Part shown: piece by piece, positions 38,952 through 53,039 of the stretch | Layout of the letters: every line of letters starts with the position of its first letter | How positions within the stretch are numbered: the stretch's first letter is position 1 | Assembly (NCBI RefSeq): GCF_037042905.1 | Contig: NC_087245.1 | Location: 30,320,001 to 30,384,000, forward strand | Length of the DNA stretch: 64,000 nucleotides | Direction: 5' to 3' | Source of the DNA: Lytechinus pictus | Lineage: Eukaryota | Notes under the pieces: model-generated | Database searches by the model: none | Seen by the model: only the letters and a program-made list of their open reading frames with translations | What the model was told of the DNA's origin: nothing | Translations under genes and position numbers: made by a program

Positions 38952-41229
38952 TTATTAGGTGGTCTGTCATTGAAATGACAGATCACCTTTTATATTCGTC
39001 AGGATTTTCTTTATTTTTATTGCCAAATCTTTGTCCCACTTTATCTCAAAATCGGGCATGTCAATTTCCTTGATTTTCATGTCATGTATGGACATCATTA
39101 TGGACATGGGAAACGAAACTTTTCAAGGTTATCAAATCATGATGACGTCATCTAGGCGCCCTTTTGTAAAATTAAATGATTGATCATATCATCGCAACTA
39201 ATCATAAAAAATCATCCATATTTGCATTATATCAAGTTCAGGTGACAGGTCATCAGGGGGGCGTTTCATGAAAGGACTTGTCAGACGTTTTATCCGACAA
39301 GTCCCATTTTATCCGACAGTTGCCATAGTAACAGTGCTTCTTAGCCAATCAACATCAAGGAAAGATGTCAGATCTGACAACTTGTCGGACAAAAATGTTG
39401 ATGAAACACTCCCCTGGACATATCATCAGAGGTCATGCAAAGGTCACGACGCGCACGTACGCGCGCGTCAAAATTTTAAATTTCCCCAAATCGACCTTGG
39501 TCAAGTTTGGGTACGTTTCTGGTCATTTTGAGCATGTCGAGAATTTGCGCGCGCACAGGTATGCGTGCGCGTTCTTGCACCTACCATCGGTATGCATCTT
39601 CGAGTCATCATTTATTTTATGTCTTTCCATTGTCCATTATCTTCTGATCAATTTGATACCTCATTCAGTCTCTTACGACCAATAATACGGGAATGCGCGT
39701 CCATTCAAATTTGCATTACTCGCGCGTGCAAACATGCAAAATAAGTCATAAATGGGCAAAAATATGCCTATATAAAATTCACTGTAGCTCTTCAGGGGGT
39801 CCGTTGACCCCCAATTTTAATTACGTCATGATTAAGTTATTAGTGAAAATTACATATTTTCGCAACATACATCAACGTATTTGACCGTATCTTCGTTATT
39901 ACTGGTCAGTTTTCTCCCAAATTTTGATACGATGTTGTTAAGACAATTATTTGCAAATAACGTGTGAAATTTTTTCACTTTTGACCGCAGCATCAATGTG
40001 TTATGACTTGTTTAAGTTTTGTCAATTTTTTTCTGGACCTAATTTTTTAGAAATTTTTAAAGGACATTTTTTATTAATCAATTGTACGGTCTTGCTGAAA
40101 ATTTCAAGCCCCCTTGCTTTGCGGTGTTTTATGTAGGATATTCTTTGTAATTTTGCCGGAACCTTATAAGGGGTAGTTTTAACATTGTAAAACATCATTT
40201 ATGCATTTTTTTAGGAAACGCTGCAGTATTGAGACGCTATTGGGTTGAGAAATTTCATTCTGGACTTTTTGCGGAAATTCCTGGATTTTTTTCTATTTGG
40301 TAATTTTTACTAAATAACGTATAACAAATTTTCAGGTACCTTCTGTCAAATGAAAAATTGTGCAATTTAGTTAATTACACATTTTTCCGATTTTTTGCAG
40401 GAAAATTGCGAGTATTTGAATCTTGTACCTGACGTTTTTCAGCAAAAACCATCAAGAAAGAATTTTCAAGTAAATTTCGAAGTCTTACACAATTAATATA
40501 TGGATATTGACAATTCTTGACGGAAAATATCATGTGAAATGTTTAGAAATTTGCAGAGATTTTGCAAACATTTACCCCAAAAATGTCTACTTAATTCTTT
40601 TATCAAATACATCACTGATGAGTATTGAAGTGAATGCTGTAAAATTGTAGCATTGTGAAACTTCTCATAAAAATTATTGAAATTAGCAGAAATTTTGAAT
40701 GAAAATATTAAAGATATTTTATTTTTCAGAAAGTATCACCTATGAATTTTCAAGTATTCTGTGAAATTCATTCCCAATGATGTTGTAAAAATTCTTGCTT
40801 GAAATCATAAAAAAAAACTGCTGACAGTACAAAGAATAAAAAAAAGATTTTGCATAAAAACATTAAAGTACTGTCGATTAAAATTAGCTGTTGTGAAAAT
40901 TAAGGCGCCTTTCATTGCGTTATTTTGGAAAACCAATTTTGGTAAAAATCGTCTGAAGATTTTGAGGAGTTTTAAAGGCGTTTAACGTGCTCCAAACTTC
41001 ATTTCGTATTTACCGTTTTGCATTATCACCACCATCATTATAATCATCCGCGATTTTCATCACCACATTAATAATCACATTTAGCAATGGTCAAAATTTA
41101 TTCCTATGATGTCTATGATGAAGATTATCAATCATATCTAAATGATTCATTCCATACAACATTAGCCGACACTGAATGAAAAATCATGACAGACCACCTA
41201 ATTCGTCCGCATGACGAATTAAAATCTAG
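38952..41229 (+). mobile_element. Non-autonomous Helentron/DINE-like (Helitron group) element
   Basis: 17-bp subterminal inverted repeat ATTAGGTGGTCTGTCAT (38954-38970) / ATGACAGACCACCTAAT (41186-41202); 5' partial palindrome; 3' hairpin TAATTCGTC-CGCAT-GACGAATTA followed by CTAG. Confidence 0.82.
39257..39413. mobile_element. Harbinger-like MITE nested in the Helentron-like element
   Basis: GGGGCGTTTCATGAA...ATGAAACACTCCC with CAG/CTG flanks; inverted relative at about 43318-43473. Confidence 0.75.
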
Positions 41230-41837
41230 TTAGTATTTATTATTATCAATATTATTATTATTATTTATTAATCTCTTGATTATTATCATTATTATTATTA
41301 TTGTCAAAGCAGCTTCTTTTCTGAGCTCCTTCAATTTATGAAAACCTACTTTCTGCTTGTCATTATCTTCATTGACATCACACGTGTCTGTGTGCTTGAT
41401 GTGGGGTCTTATTTGGGATAATTAGGGTGTTTGATTCGAATTCTGACCTATTTAAACATTTGTGACATCACTCAGCAATTATTGCCGATTCACTATGCTA
41501 AGTTGAGTTGTTTGCCTTTACTTCTATCCACGGTAAGTTTTAAATCAAATAAATTCCATGCAAATTGATCTAATTCCATGAAATATCATACTTCTATAAT
41601 AAACAAAACTGTGTTTCAACAGCTGAAGTTCATAATGGGAATGATACAACTGAAATTATTTGTTTAAAGGGAAAACATTTATATACTAGTTCCAGACGAA
41701 ACAACGTAAAACAGATATTGAAATAGTATATGAAGTTAAATGGTGTAAAAATTGTATTATTACTTGTTCTGTTTGTACAGAGTAGCCTGTATCTACTATA
41801 TTTTGTTTTTATAATTACATATACATGTACGCTAAAC

Positions 41838-42105
41838 CAGGGGCGGATCCAGGATTTTCCGAAGGGGGGGGGGCAAATTTTTCGGAGGAAAATTTTGACG
41901 AGCCAAGAAAAAGGTTTTCAATCACAAATAAAGGATATTTCGTACCCCCTAAAAATTGACAAGCAAAAAAAAATTGTCAACCACAAATTAAGAATATTTC
42001 GTACCCGAAAAAAATTTGGCAAGTAAAAAAAAGAAAAGGTCTTCAATTTTAATGGCATTTTTACATTACAAATTTGAATTTTGCTTCTCAAAAGGGGGGG
42101 CACGT
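41838..42105. mobile_element. Truncated hAT-like MITE
   Basis: Starts CAGGGGCGGATCCAGGATTTT; body resembles the 29830 element (AAAATTGACAAGCAAAAAA, AAAGGTCTTCAA). Confidence 0.65.
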
Positions 42106-43065
42106 GCATATACGATTCTCAAAGTCTTGATTAGTACAACAGACAATGTGTTGCACGCATTTATACATTGACAAAACGAAATCTACAACATAATTATTCT
42201 AAAGCAAAATAATTTATGGAAAATCCTAAGACGTCCTCGTAGATTGATCTCGCCTTGCACTGAGAAGTTCAATAGTGACAGTCATTGGCGTTTTCGCTTT
42301 TCTTCTTCATAAATCAAACGATGGATATTATCTTCCCTTCCCCCACTTTTAAGCTACTTCCTTTTCCATTAAAATCTTAACCTGGGATTAAGGAGTGATC
42401 TCGTGTATTATCCCCTTGATCCTAGGGTCAATGCTTTGAGATGTTCTCTTCTTATTGTGCTATGTCTCTGCTCCTATCTACTTAAACTTGAAGGGAGACG
42501 GAGAAAGAGGCATGAAAGTGTCTATTCATGTTTTCCATTGTTTTAAAGGGAAATTTGATATTAGCAGAAAAATAGAGAAAAGTATTGGTGAAGGTTTGAT
42601 GAAAATCCGTTTTAGAATAACGGAGTTATCAATGTTTCAGAATTTTGATTTTGTGACGTCACATTCGAGCAGATATGTCGTGTGACATAAATCAAAAGAA
42701 ATGTAATTTTCTTTTTAAAAAAATGTTAGTGATTTTAATTTGTGGGGTGGATATCAGAATCAGACATATTGCACTTTTTGATATTTTACTCGCGTAATTA
42801 TTTGTTGTCATAATTACTTATGAACTCCTTTTTTTTGGGGGGGTAGGTTGAGCTTTATCGTCATACCTCTTTTTCTTTATAGCGGCTTTATCCTAATATT
42901 TTTCATTTCAATCAACATTTTCTTTCTTCTCCACATCCTACCCCATCTCTCTCGTATTCTCTCTCTCAATGTCTGTCATTTTCTCCGTCTCTCTCACTCT
43001 TGTCTCCATTCACTAGCTTTCACCGCCTCTTCTCCAGATTCTTTCGCTATCCATTATTACTTATA

Positions 43066-43268
43066 TTTGTTGATGTCATTAAAACTTACCCTTCTCCATA
43101 TTCTTTCGCCTATCAATTAATATTTATGTTTTGTTGATATCGTTAAAACTGACCCATCTTTTTATTATTTCGTCTATCCATTGTGATTTACATTTTGTTT
43201 ATATCGTTAAAACTGACCCTTCTCCATATTCTTTCGCCTATCTCTACGTTTTGTTGATATCGTTTAAA
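43066..43268. repeat. About 64-bp minisatellite, about 3 copies
   Basis: TTGTTGATATCGTTAAAACTGACCC...TTCGCCTATC recurs. Confidence 0.8.
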
Positions 43269-46200
43269 CACTTGGCAAATTATTAATCTGATTTTGTCAA
43301 ATGATGTATAATAAACTACCCGCGTTCATTGATATTCTTGTGCGGCAAGTTGTCGGATCTGACAACTTTCCTTGATTTTGATTGGCTGAGAAGCGCTGTT
43401 ACTACGGTTATGGCCGGACAAAACAGACTTTGTCGGATAAAACGTCCAACAAATCCTCTCATGTAACGCTCCCTCGATCTCTCTTCCACCAGCTCATCTT
43501 CCCGACCCCTTCCAAATTTCCCCCACCCTTGCCTGCGTACTGATAAAAAAAATAAAGGGGCCAAACATGGTGAATGGGACAACATTGAAAAAAAAATTGT
43601 GAGGAACCGAAGCGAGCGATCGAGCAAAGTGTGAAACGTTGAGCTTTTTGAGACAAAAAGCTTATTTTGTGATTGATTTTTAAAAAGATATGTAGAAAAA
43701 TATCACATTTCACCTACTTTCTTTCATTTTTTTCTTTAAAGAAATGGTGAAAGATTTAGGGGCACGGCTCCCAAGCCCCCCTCCCCCTCCACCATCTATA
43801 TGTCATTCCGCCAAAGGTGGATCTTGGGTTAGTTTATGATGATGTTGATTAGAGGTGTGCGATAGAGAGTGGAACCAGGAAGGGGTTCAATGTCAAACCT
43901 GTCCTGACTCACGCAAACAAAATATAACCGATTATATTTAGGATTTAGAAGGCGAGGGGGAAATGATCATGCTGTATTGAGCGCCAGGCTCTAAATGTCA
44001 TGTTTATTTCACCATCTTATCGACTGGGAATGTGAACATTATCATGCCTCCAACTATATAAAACCAAAACCATTGGTGTATACAGCTTATACTGCAATAT
44101 TAATTTCATTGATCTTTATGTAAGCATACAAACGTACTGATAATAAAGATTATAATTATGATGAAAATAGTAACAATAACAATAAGAACAATAGTGATGA
44201 TGTTGTCAATAGTAAGATACAAGTAATATTTATGATAGTAATAACGATTATAATGACAATAATGAAAAAAATAATGATTATTTAAATAGGAATAATGTTA
44301 TCTTTAACAGTTTAGACAAAAGGAGTATACAGTGCAAGAGCTCGCATGATGGGTTTTAATAAAATCATCATTTGATCAAGTTATGATTATTGGAACAATC
44401 TCCAATGAATAACATAGGTTGTGCATGTTTATTATTATATGTTGACATTACTAATAATGACCAGTTTTCTGAACTAGGATGAAATTTAAACTTAGGTCTT
44501 TTAAAAGTTGTTGTTTAACCAAGGATATCCAAATTTGAAACCTAATTTCTAATAGTACAAGTTCTATGTACATATCAACTCAAATAATGCAAAACTTTCT
44601 AGGAATAAAAATAGCTCTCTTCATCATTAAAGTATGGGAATCAAAGTAATAAACTTAAAAACACAATGTAAAGAAAATTTTGACATCCTCGGCTTCCCTT
44701 TAACACAGAGTAAGACCATGATCTTCAGAAGGGTGTTTTTTTTTATTAATAGGATAAAACTAAACCTTTCATGATTCTTTTTTTTTTTTTTTTAATGGAA
44801 CTAAGAGTAAGTGCTTGCGTCACATGATACCAGTTCTGCGCTCCTTGAACCAATTTCTAAAGAAATTAGGACAATATTTAGGGCACTAATTTAGCGATAA
44901 CCGCAATGTTTTACAATGATGTAATAGATCGAGGTGGAAATTGATTAGAACTTGAACATAATTAAAATTTATAGTTAGAAGGCCAAGGCTGAATTTGAGC
45001 GGTGCAACGTACTTTATCCAATGTCTCCTGAGCTGAAGCTAGATTTACAATATCATGATATGAATATTTTTAAATTTTATTTACGGAATACATCTAGTGA
45101 TTTACAAAGTCTTAAGAATTTTAAAATTTTAATGGTTGTTTTTATTTTTTTTTTGTGGGGGATACATTGTGATTTTTATTTTTTGGGGGGTTACAACGGT
45201 TCGTGTGAGAGGCACGATCACTTTTAAAGCATAGGATTTTTTTTTCTTTTCGTTTGAACCTTGCACATGGTTCCTTTATTTAAAACAATATAGTATATTT
45301 TTTCACAGTATGTAATTGAATATTCAAAACAATATATTTCACAAAATTTATACACGAGATTATCTCTCACATTAAAAGTTTTAAAACATAGGATAATCTT
45401 AAAAATTTCTTAAATCGGAACTGCTGTCTATTTTGTTGGATAATGAGGCCTTATTGATGAACCATGAAGTGCTCATGAATTTGGATAGAGAAGCCGAAAT
45501 TTTCAGAATGTCATGAAATATTAGATTAAAATAAATGTGCAAATTTATCATCTTCGCCAGAGTACTAGTCGTGTAACGGAGATGAAAAGACAAGAGTGCA
45601 AGTTACTCTTCGTCTGAAGATCTTTATCCATACATCACACACAGACATGGTTTTCTTTGACAAGAAGCCAAGTGATTCTTAGGAAAGGGAAATATTTAAA
45701 GCTACGACATTGATCTTGTGGTTTCTGCACGGCGTAGAGATTATCCTCGAAAATACCATGGTAAATCTCCAAAGATGTTCAAATTAGAAGTATATGGGGG
45801 CGGTGGTTCGTTCAGACACTTAAATCTCAAGATCGAAAGGATCGAAATTGTATTTTCCAAAAAGTATAGGCCTTCCAAGTGGGAAAATAAAATCAAAGTG
45901 TAATAGAGTCTGGGAGACGTACGTTATCTCGTCGCATACTACATAATTTCCAGCAGAAAAAGGAAGGCTTACAATGATATTGCATGTGGTTTTTTAAACA
46001 TATAAATCGGGATATTTTGTCATGAGTAAACATGACAAAATTATAAGAGCAGATTATCACTGGTGAACAAAATTATGGAATTGGCGGGATCCACTATAAA
46101 GCGAATGCCTGTCTCTTATGGACGTCTTTAACTAATATTGTCGTAGTATTTGCCAAGAATAGGAAAGCACAAAATAGCAACAGAACTTAGAATAGCATAA

Positions 46201-46291
46201 GAGCGAAAAAAGAAAAGGAAACAAAACACTGGGCGACAAGAGTAGGGAAACAAAAAAAGGAGAGAACATAGAATAAAATACAAAAAGTATT

Positions 46292-47607
46292 ATAACTTCT
46301 TTCCATTTATGTGTGATTTTGGTTGAAAATCAAGTTTAGACATTTTATCCCTTTAAACGAAAAAGAATATGCATTACCATTATTTACAAATAGTAACCTC
46401 ACAAAATTTCTTCAAAATCGATGAATAATTATTCATTTTTAAAAGGAAAGATATTGTACTTAAGATAACATTTCGCACGTAATATAAGAGAATGCATATT
46501 CACTTTTATAATTTATGCAATTTTTTGTATACGTAATAAAATCTTTGGTGGATTTATTTTTCAATATGTTAAATGTTCTCTAAAAGTAGGTTTGGCTTTC
46601 ATAAGCATTGTTCCAGCGTTGAGCTAAAATGGTCTGAGTATATAGTTCCGTCATAGGGTTGTGGACGTTTTAAAATAGCTCTTTATTTCACAAAAAATAT
46701 GGGAGCCCCCATCTGCACCACCTGTGTTAATAACTTCTTTCCATTTATGTGTGATTTTGGTTGAAAATCAAGTTTAGACATTTTATCCCTTTAAACGAAA
46801 AAGAATATGCATTACCATTATTTACAAATAGTAACCTCACAAAATTTCTTCAAAATCGATGAATAATTATTCATTTTTAAAAGGAAAGATATTGTACTTA
46901 AGATAACATTTCGCACGTAATATAAGAGAATGCATATTCACTTTTATAATTTATGCAATTTTTTGTATACGTAATAAAATCTTTGGTGGATTTATTTTTC
47001 AATATGTTAAATGTTCTCTAAAAGTAGGTTTGGCTTTCATAAGCATTGTTCCAGCGTTGAGCTAAAATGGTCTGAGTATATAGTTCCGTCATAGGGTTGT
47101 GGACGTTTTAAAATAGCTCTTTATTTCACAAAAAATATGGGAGCCCCCATCTGCACCACCTGTGTTAATAACTTCTTTCCATTTATGTGTGATTTTGGTT
47201 GAAAATCAAGTTTAGACATTTTATCCCTTTAAACGAAAAAGAATATGCATTACCATTATTTACAAATAGTAACCTCACAAAATTTCTTCAAAATCGATGA
47301 ATAAATATTCATTTTTAAAAGGAAAGATATTGTACTTAAGATAACATTTCGCACGTAATATAAGAGAATGCATATTCACTTTTATAATTTATGCAATTTT
47401 TGGTATACGTAATAAAATCTTTGGTGGATTTATTTTTCAATATGTTAAATGTTCTCTAAAAGTAGGTTTGGCTTTCATAAGCATTGTTCCAGCGTTGAGC
47501 TAAAATGGTCTGAGTATATAGTTCCGTCATAGGGTTGTGGACGTTTTAAAATAGCTCTTTATTTCACAAAAAAATATGGGAGCCCCCATCTGCACCACCT
47601 GTGTTAA
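46292..47607. repeat. 438-bp tandem triplication, nearly identical copies
   Basis: ATAACTTCTTTCCATTTATG starts at 46292, 46730 and 47168. Confidence 0.97.
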
Positions 47608-48878
47608 TCATGTTAATCAGTCTGTATGTCTGACATTATCCTAAGGTTAACAAACTCATCCTAACTGACAGGCATTAATCATCTACTTTCGTTCTTCCAC
47701 CTCCAAAATAGATACACCACTTTGAAAAAGGGACCACGTGCTTGAGTTTTTTCGGAGGTGCAGCGTAGTATTCAATACAACTGGGGTTTAAGGATACACT
47801 GAGCTGATATTCTCAAATACGGAAGTTTTTAAATACGAAATTGATCACTTCTTACACAACACCTGTAGGCTATGCCTACGCTCTCAGATATTTTCAACCA
47901 AAACCAACCTATTGGTTGGTTCAATTAAAAACCTATCAATTGTTAGTTAAAACAATATTGCCCATATTTCCAATATTGCATTCAAATTAATTGGGATTTT
48001 TTAACCAATAGTTATATTGTTCACAAGTTAACAAATTTTGGGGTTGGTGAAAATAATTATGAGTGTAAAGTGTAGTCGCTCATTCTTTTAGTGGTTAATT
48101 TGAAGGCATCAGATGTTGGTTAAGAGCAAAATAAATTGTAGTTACTGATCACCATGGTTACTATATCATGATATATATTGAAAGAATCGAAATATATACC
48201 TGTGCATACTTCACGTAGTAATAACTTGTGCTCTATTTTACAACAATAGTATCACCCTTTGTTTCTGATAATTAAGTTTAACTTCTACTTGGGTAATTTT
48301 TCTAATAATCAATTCATAAAAGATGAGCTGCCTTTTGTTGAACATTTTCTTTTGTTTTGATACACACAAATTTAAATACGCAGATGCAGTCTGAAGAATT
48401 AGACGTCATTGAAAGACGATTCAGGTTATAGGGGAATCAGAATATGTCAGGTTTGTTGAAAAAAGTATTTGTCATATAACAAATACAAACCTGGGAATTA
48501 TGACCAAAAACAAATTTTATGTAGTATTTTTCTTCGAGATTTAAGGTAAATGGTATAAAGGGGTTGTACAGGACCCCCACCCCATACCCCCCCCCACACA
48601 CACACACACACATACACCCTCTTTGTTGCCAAGTGTTATGGGATTTTTTTTTTTTGGGGGGGGGGGGGCAAAGTCAAACCGGTAAAGTGAAGCGTGACCG
48701 GACTATTTCCGCGGTTATCTTGTGCAAATTGAACGGATTGTATCTGAAATCTCGAGTTAGGGGGCTCGAAGGAAGGAGATCAAAGAAGAGAGAAGTCAAG
48801 GTGAAATCGATTACATGATATTCGATACTGTATACAGGCCTATACAGGGGAAAAACAATCTCAGCCTGGAAAATGCTG

Positions 48879-49117
48879 CACTGTAAAAACTGTGGTGTTA
48901 AAACTGACACCAATTGGTGTTAATAGAGGACCACACCCTGAGGTGTTAAAATAACACCCTAGAGATTGAACATAACACCAAAGAGTGTAAATGTAACAAC
49001 CATAGGTGTTGTAATAACACATATAGATGTAAAACTAACACCACCAATTTAACACCGGTGTAAAATAACTGGTGTGGTCCTCTATGTACACCGGTTAACA
49101 CCACAATTTTTGCTGTG
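48879..49117. mobile_element. EnSpm/CACTA-like MITE
   Basis: CACTGTAAAAACTGTGGTGTTAA...TTAACACCACAATTTTTGCTGTG, TG flanks, repeated AACACC motifs; related fragment near 63683-63765. Confidence 0.7.
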
Positions 49118-49338
49118 TGTAGAACATCCATTCATCACATAATGCAGGCAAGATAGTTGTTGTTCCATGATCTTATCCCCTATCTGCTATCACTCAAGCA
49201 CTTTGCTAATTGCTTGCCCCTCCATCCTGATCATTTGTATTTGTAAATGATAAATTGTATGAACAATATGTTGTTATTGTAAATAATGAACATGATTCCT
49301 TAGATTTGTAAAACAATATAAATATATGCATTGTGTAA

Positions 49339-49564
49339 CAGAAATGCGAAACAAATGATATTCACGAGTAATGCAAGTTTGCAATGCCAACAAGTTCTTT
49401 ATTCACTTTCCAAATTCTTGAAAAATTTCGAAAAAAAATTCTGTAGTCATCTACCTTCTTCCCGAAGAAGGTAGATGACTACCCAAACTTTGGGAAGTGA
49501 CTAAAGAACTTGTTGGCATTGCAAACTTGCATTACCCGGGAATATCATTTGTTTCGCAATTCTG
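49339..49564. repeat. About 226-bp foldback with a perfect 18-bp central stem
   Basis: Outer arms CAGAAATGCGAAACAAATGATATTC... / ...GAATATCATTTGTTTCGCAATTCTG; centre GTAGTCATCTACCTTCTT-CCCG-AAGAAGGTAGATGACTAC. Confidence 0.92.
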
Positions 49565-49606
49565 AAGTCTTATTATTGCCAATATGCCAATACGTGGAAA
49601 ACCAAG

Positions 49607-49650
<44 letters not shown>

Positions 49651-50681
49651 TGAATTTTTGGATCGTTTGAATGAGAAAAGAATGAGCATGGAAGCCGAAA
49701 GACTGATATATATATTATGTATACAAGCATAGCTTTTAAGAGGCGCTAATTATCTAGTCACGTATTCAAGGTCATATATATCTACATATATATATATAGA
49801 TGTATATATATACATATTTTTGTCGAGAAAATGAATCTGTTATTATTATCTAAATGTCACATTCGAAATTTGTTTTTGATTCAGGTATTTTGTTTCTTTT
49901 TCATTAATTTGTACGGCGTTAAAATCTAAAATGATTTGTATTTACCCCATAAGCTTACAGAGTTACTAAGTGCAGATATGGACCTGAAACTATTAAAAAG
50001 GCAAAGAATACCTAGTAGAATTGCTTAGTATCTGACTAGTTTATACATGAACAAAATATGAACTGTTATATAGTTTTATAAGAACGGCATTAATTCTCGT
50101 CACGAACGTTATGAAATATCTCATTAACGTTATCAAAATATCTGAATTTTGTAAATCGGCAACCTCATCTCATGAAGCTCAACTGAGACATGTCTGACTA
50201 ACATGGAATTTGCACATTAATGAATGGATTTAAGTACACATATCAGGCTCTAATTTGTCTTAAACTATAATGCATAAAGTTAACGTGGCACATGCCGGGG
50301 CACATGGAATGTTTATGTTTGTGAATGTAATGAGTATGTGGTTTGGATCAATCCCAAAATGCACGCCAAAACAAGTCTTATCATTTTGTATCATTATGAT
50401 ACATGGATTATCTGTCGAATTTGACTTTTAATACCTTTTTCCAACAGGTATTACATTGTATAATCCGAAATACGTGGCACTCCAATTACTCATTCTCATG
50501 AATTAAAGAAAAATGTCAACAAGTTTCTACTTCTAGAAATTAATATTTATATTCAATAGAAACTTAACCGCATTGTGAAATATTGCTACTTGCTATCGTT
50601 TTTGGCAAGCGTTAACTATTAACAATGATACAGAATTCAATCATTTAATTATTTAACCAGAATTATGTTCCAAAATAGCTG

Positions 50682-50851
50682 GTGGGTGTTTCATAAAGCT
50701 GTTCGTAAGATACGAATGACTTTACGCACGACTGGTGATCCTTTCTTGTACTTTGTGATATCCCGATGTAATTGAGTTATGACCTAAGAACATGTTCCAG
50801 TTATGCGTAAAGTTGTTCGTAACTTTACGAACAACTTTATGAAACACCCAC
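50682..50851. mobile_element. Harbinger-like MITE, inverted copy of 13584-13753
   Basis: TIRs plus 3-bp TSD CTG. Confidence 0.88.
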
Positions 50852-50919
50852 CTGCATGGATAGATCGAGTAAGTGTTATTATTGAATCTCATCATGCTTT
50901 TCACTTTATATCTTTCCAC

Positions 50920-51160
50920 GGCTCCTTCGTGGGTGTAGTGGTTCCGACTCTGGCCTTGTAAACAGAGGGTCGTGTGTTCGAATCCCACCGCGGTCTGGCG
51001 TCCTTTGGCAAGGCGTTAATCCACACTTTGCCACTCTCGACCCAGGTGCTAAATTGGTACCCGGTAGGATGTGAAATAAAAAGTCATTGTAGCTTGTCCA
51101 GTACCGTGTGCACCTCATCGGCGACTGACTGGAATACTTCCCAGGGAGTGGAGGATGTTT
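50920..51160 (+). mobile_element. tRNA-derived SINE, second family, 3'-truncated
   Basis: A box TGGGTGTAGTGG, B box GTTCGAATCC, core CACTCTCGACCCAGGTGCTAAATTGGTACCCGG. Confidence 0.85.
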
Positions 51161-51871
51161 TTTTTTGCTTTCGGGGGGGGGGGTTTAACAGAAAAACTCA
51201 AAAGCACAAAGCGTAAGGGCGTGTGCAAATTTAGAGTTAAATTGTGCATACTTAAGTGGATTTGGGGTGAAAAGTTGCAAAAAAGAAGTGGATTCTGACT
51301 ATCTTGCATGGGGAGCGGGATAAAAAAGCGCCCCATCTCCCAATGTGTACGGCCATGCAATATATCTGCATGCCTCATGTAATATATGTCCACCCCAACT
51401 CAGAACTCTACTGGACGGATGCATTATTAATGTCTCTCACAGCACTCATATGTACCTGTAAATATGTTCAGGGAGTATTTTGTCTGCAAAAGATTGTATC
51501 TTTTGGCGGGCAATAATAAGTTGTTTCCGAGGGGCAGGGAGGGATATCGGTATCGGGCGCCGAGTGCTACTTGTCAAAATCGTCTGGCAAAGGGGTGGGT
51601 CTCGATATTGATACAATACGGAAGAGAAACATACATGCTGATTGCCTACGACCTTGACTTTCAATGATACTTCTTATCAATTCCCCATTGGATATCATTT
51701 GATACATTAGGGAAGTTTTGGGGGGAGAGGGCTTAAGAGTAAAAAAAAACATGATGCAGATTTACTCAAGAGAAACTTTTGGTTTTATGCAGGTTGGATA
51801 ATGTAGAAATACGGACTCAAATTTGAATATGAATTTCAGTTTGATTTTTATTTGAATTGAATTTGAAACGC

Positions 51872-52195
51872 GGGGGCGTCGTGGTCGACTAGCGTCCTTT
51901 GGTAAGGCGTCAATCCTCACTTTGCCACTCTCCACCCAGGTGTTAAATGGGTACCCGGTAGGATGCGAAAGCCTATATAGTATGCCTAGCAATTTAGTCT
52001 TTGAATTCTTGTTGGAATGCTCCCCAGGGAGTGGAGAGAGGCATACATTGTATGCAGGCATGCCAGGATCCGATGACGGGGTAACAATATATCTGCAAAG
52101 CGCATGCATAGAGACGTCGCGACGTATATAGCGCTCAATACATGGACCGACACGTCGTTCCGTTGTATTAAGATATAAAAGCGGATTATTATTAT
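51872..52195 (+). mobile_element. SINE of the second family with an internal deletion of the tRNA head
   Basis: GGGGCGTCGTGGTC joined to CTAGCGTCCTTTGG; core CACTCTCCACCCAGGTGTTAAATGGGTACC; (ATT)n tail. Confidence 0.8.
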
Positions 52196-52488
52196 GATAT
52201 TATTATCAAATTATTTTCTCCATATTAAGGGGAGGTGGAAAATCTTATTAGAAAATAGCCACAATGCGTAATTTATGCGACCATGCTAATTGCAACGGTA
52301 GTTTCCTCACGAAAACATGTCAGCCAGAACCTAACGATTGATGATTGAGAGAAAGAAAATTAATTAATCCAGAAAGACGTAACCCTCTGCTCAGAATAAA
52401 CATAATGGTGATTGTAAAAATTGCATATGGGAGCTTATATGGATGTCCCCAGTGTTGTGGGTTATATAACAGTAAACTGATAATAATA

Positions 52489-53039
52489 CCCGGGGGGGCC
52501 ACTTACATTGACGAGTGGATACCATGCGCGACCAAAAAAACACGTAAAAAAGATGTCTTTTTCACGATAGGGCACGTTACGTACGTAACGTGATAAGGGT
52601 GTCAAAAAGACAAAAATAATGAAAAAAGGGTATCTATTTCGCTAGGACAATTACGTGTTTAGGGTCGAATTTGCGGGGATGATAAAATAAAATTAAAATG
52701 TTTTATAAAGGATGTCCTTTTTGCCCCAACACTTCGTGTTTAGAGTCCAATTTGCGCGAGGTGTAGAAGGTGGGGTCGTACTAAACCAAACAAGGTAAAG
52801 CCGACGACCGAAGGACCCGTAACAATAAAACATTCCTGTACTTGTTTAGGGGTTCATTTCAGGGAATATTTGCCAACAGTATCGTTTTGTTTCCAATACT
52901 TGTTAAGGGTAGGGTTTCACACGCCAATACTTGTTCAGGGGTGCATTTTCAGAATATGGAAATTACGTGTTTAGGGTGCTTTTCGAGACCCCATGGTCGC
53001 GCATGGTATCCACTCGTGAATGGAAGTGGCCCCCCCGGG
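52489..53039. mobile_element. About 550-bp MITE, copy 3, intact
   Basis: About 45-bp TIR CCCGGGGGGGCCACTTACATTGACGAGTGGATACCATGCGCGACC; TA on both flanks. Confidence 0.92.
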
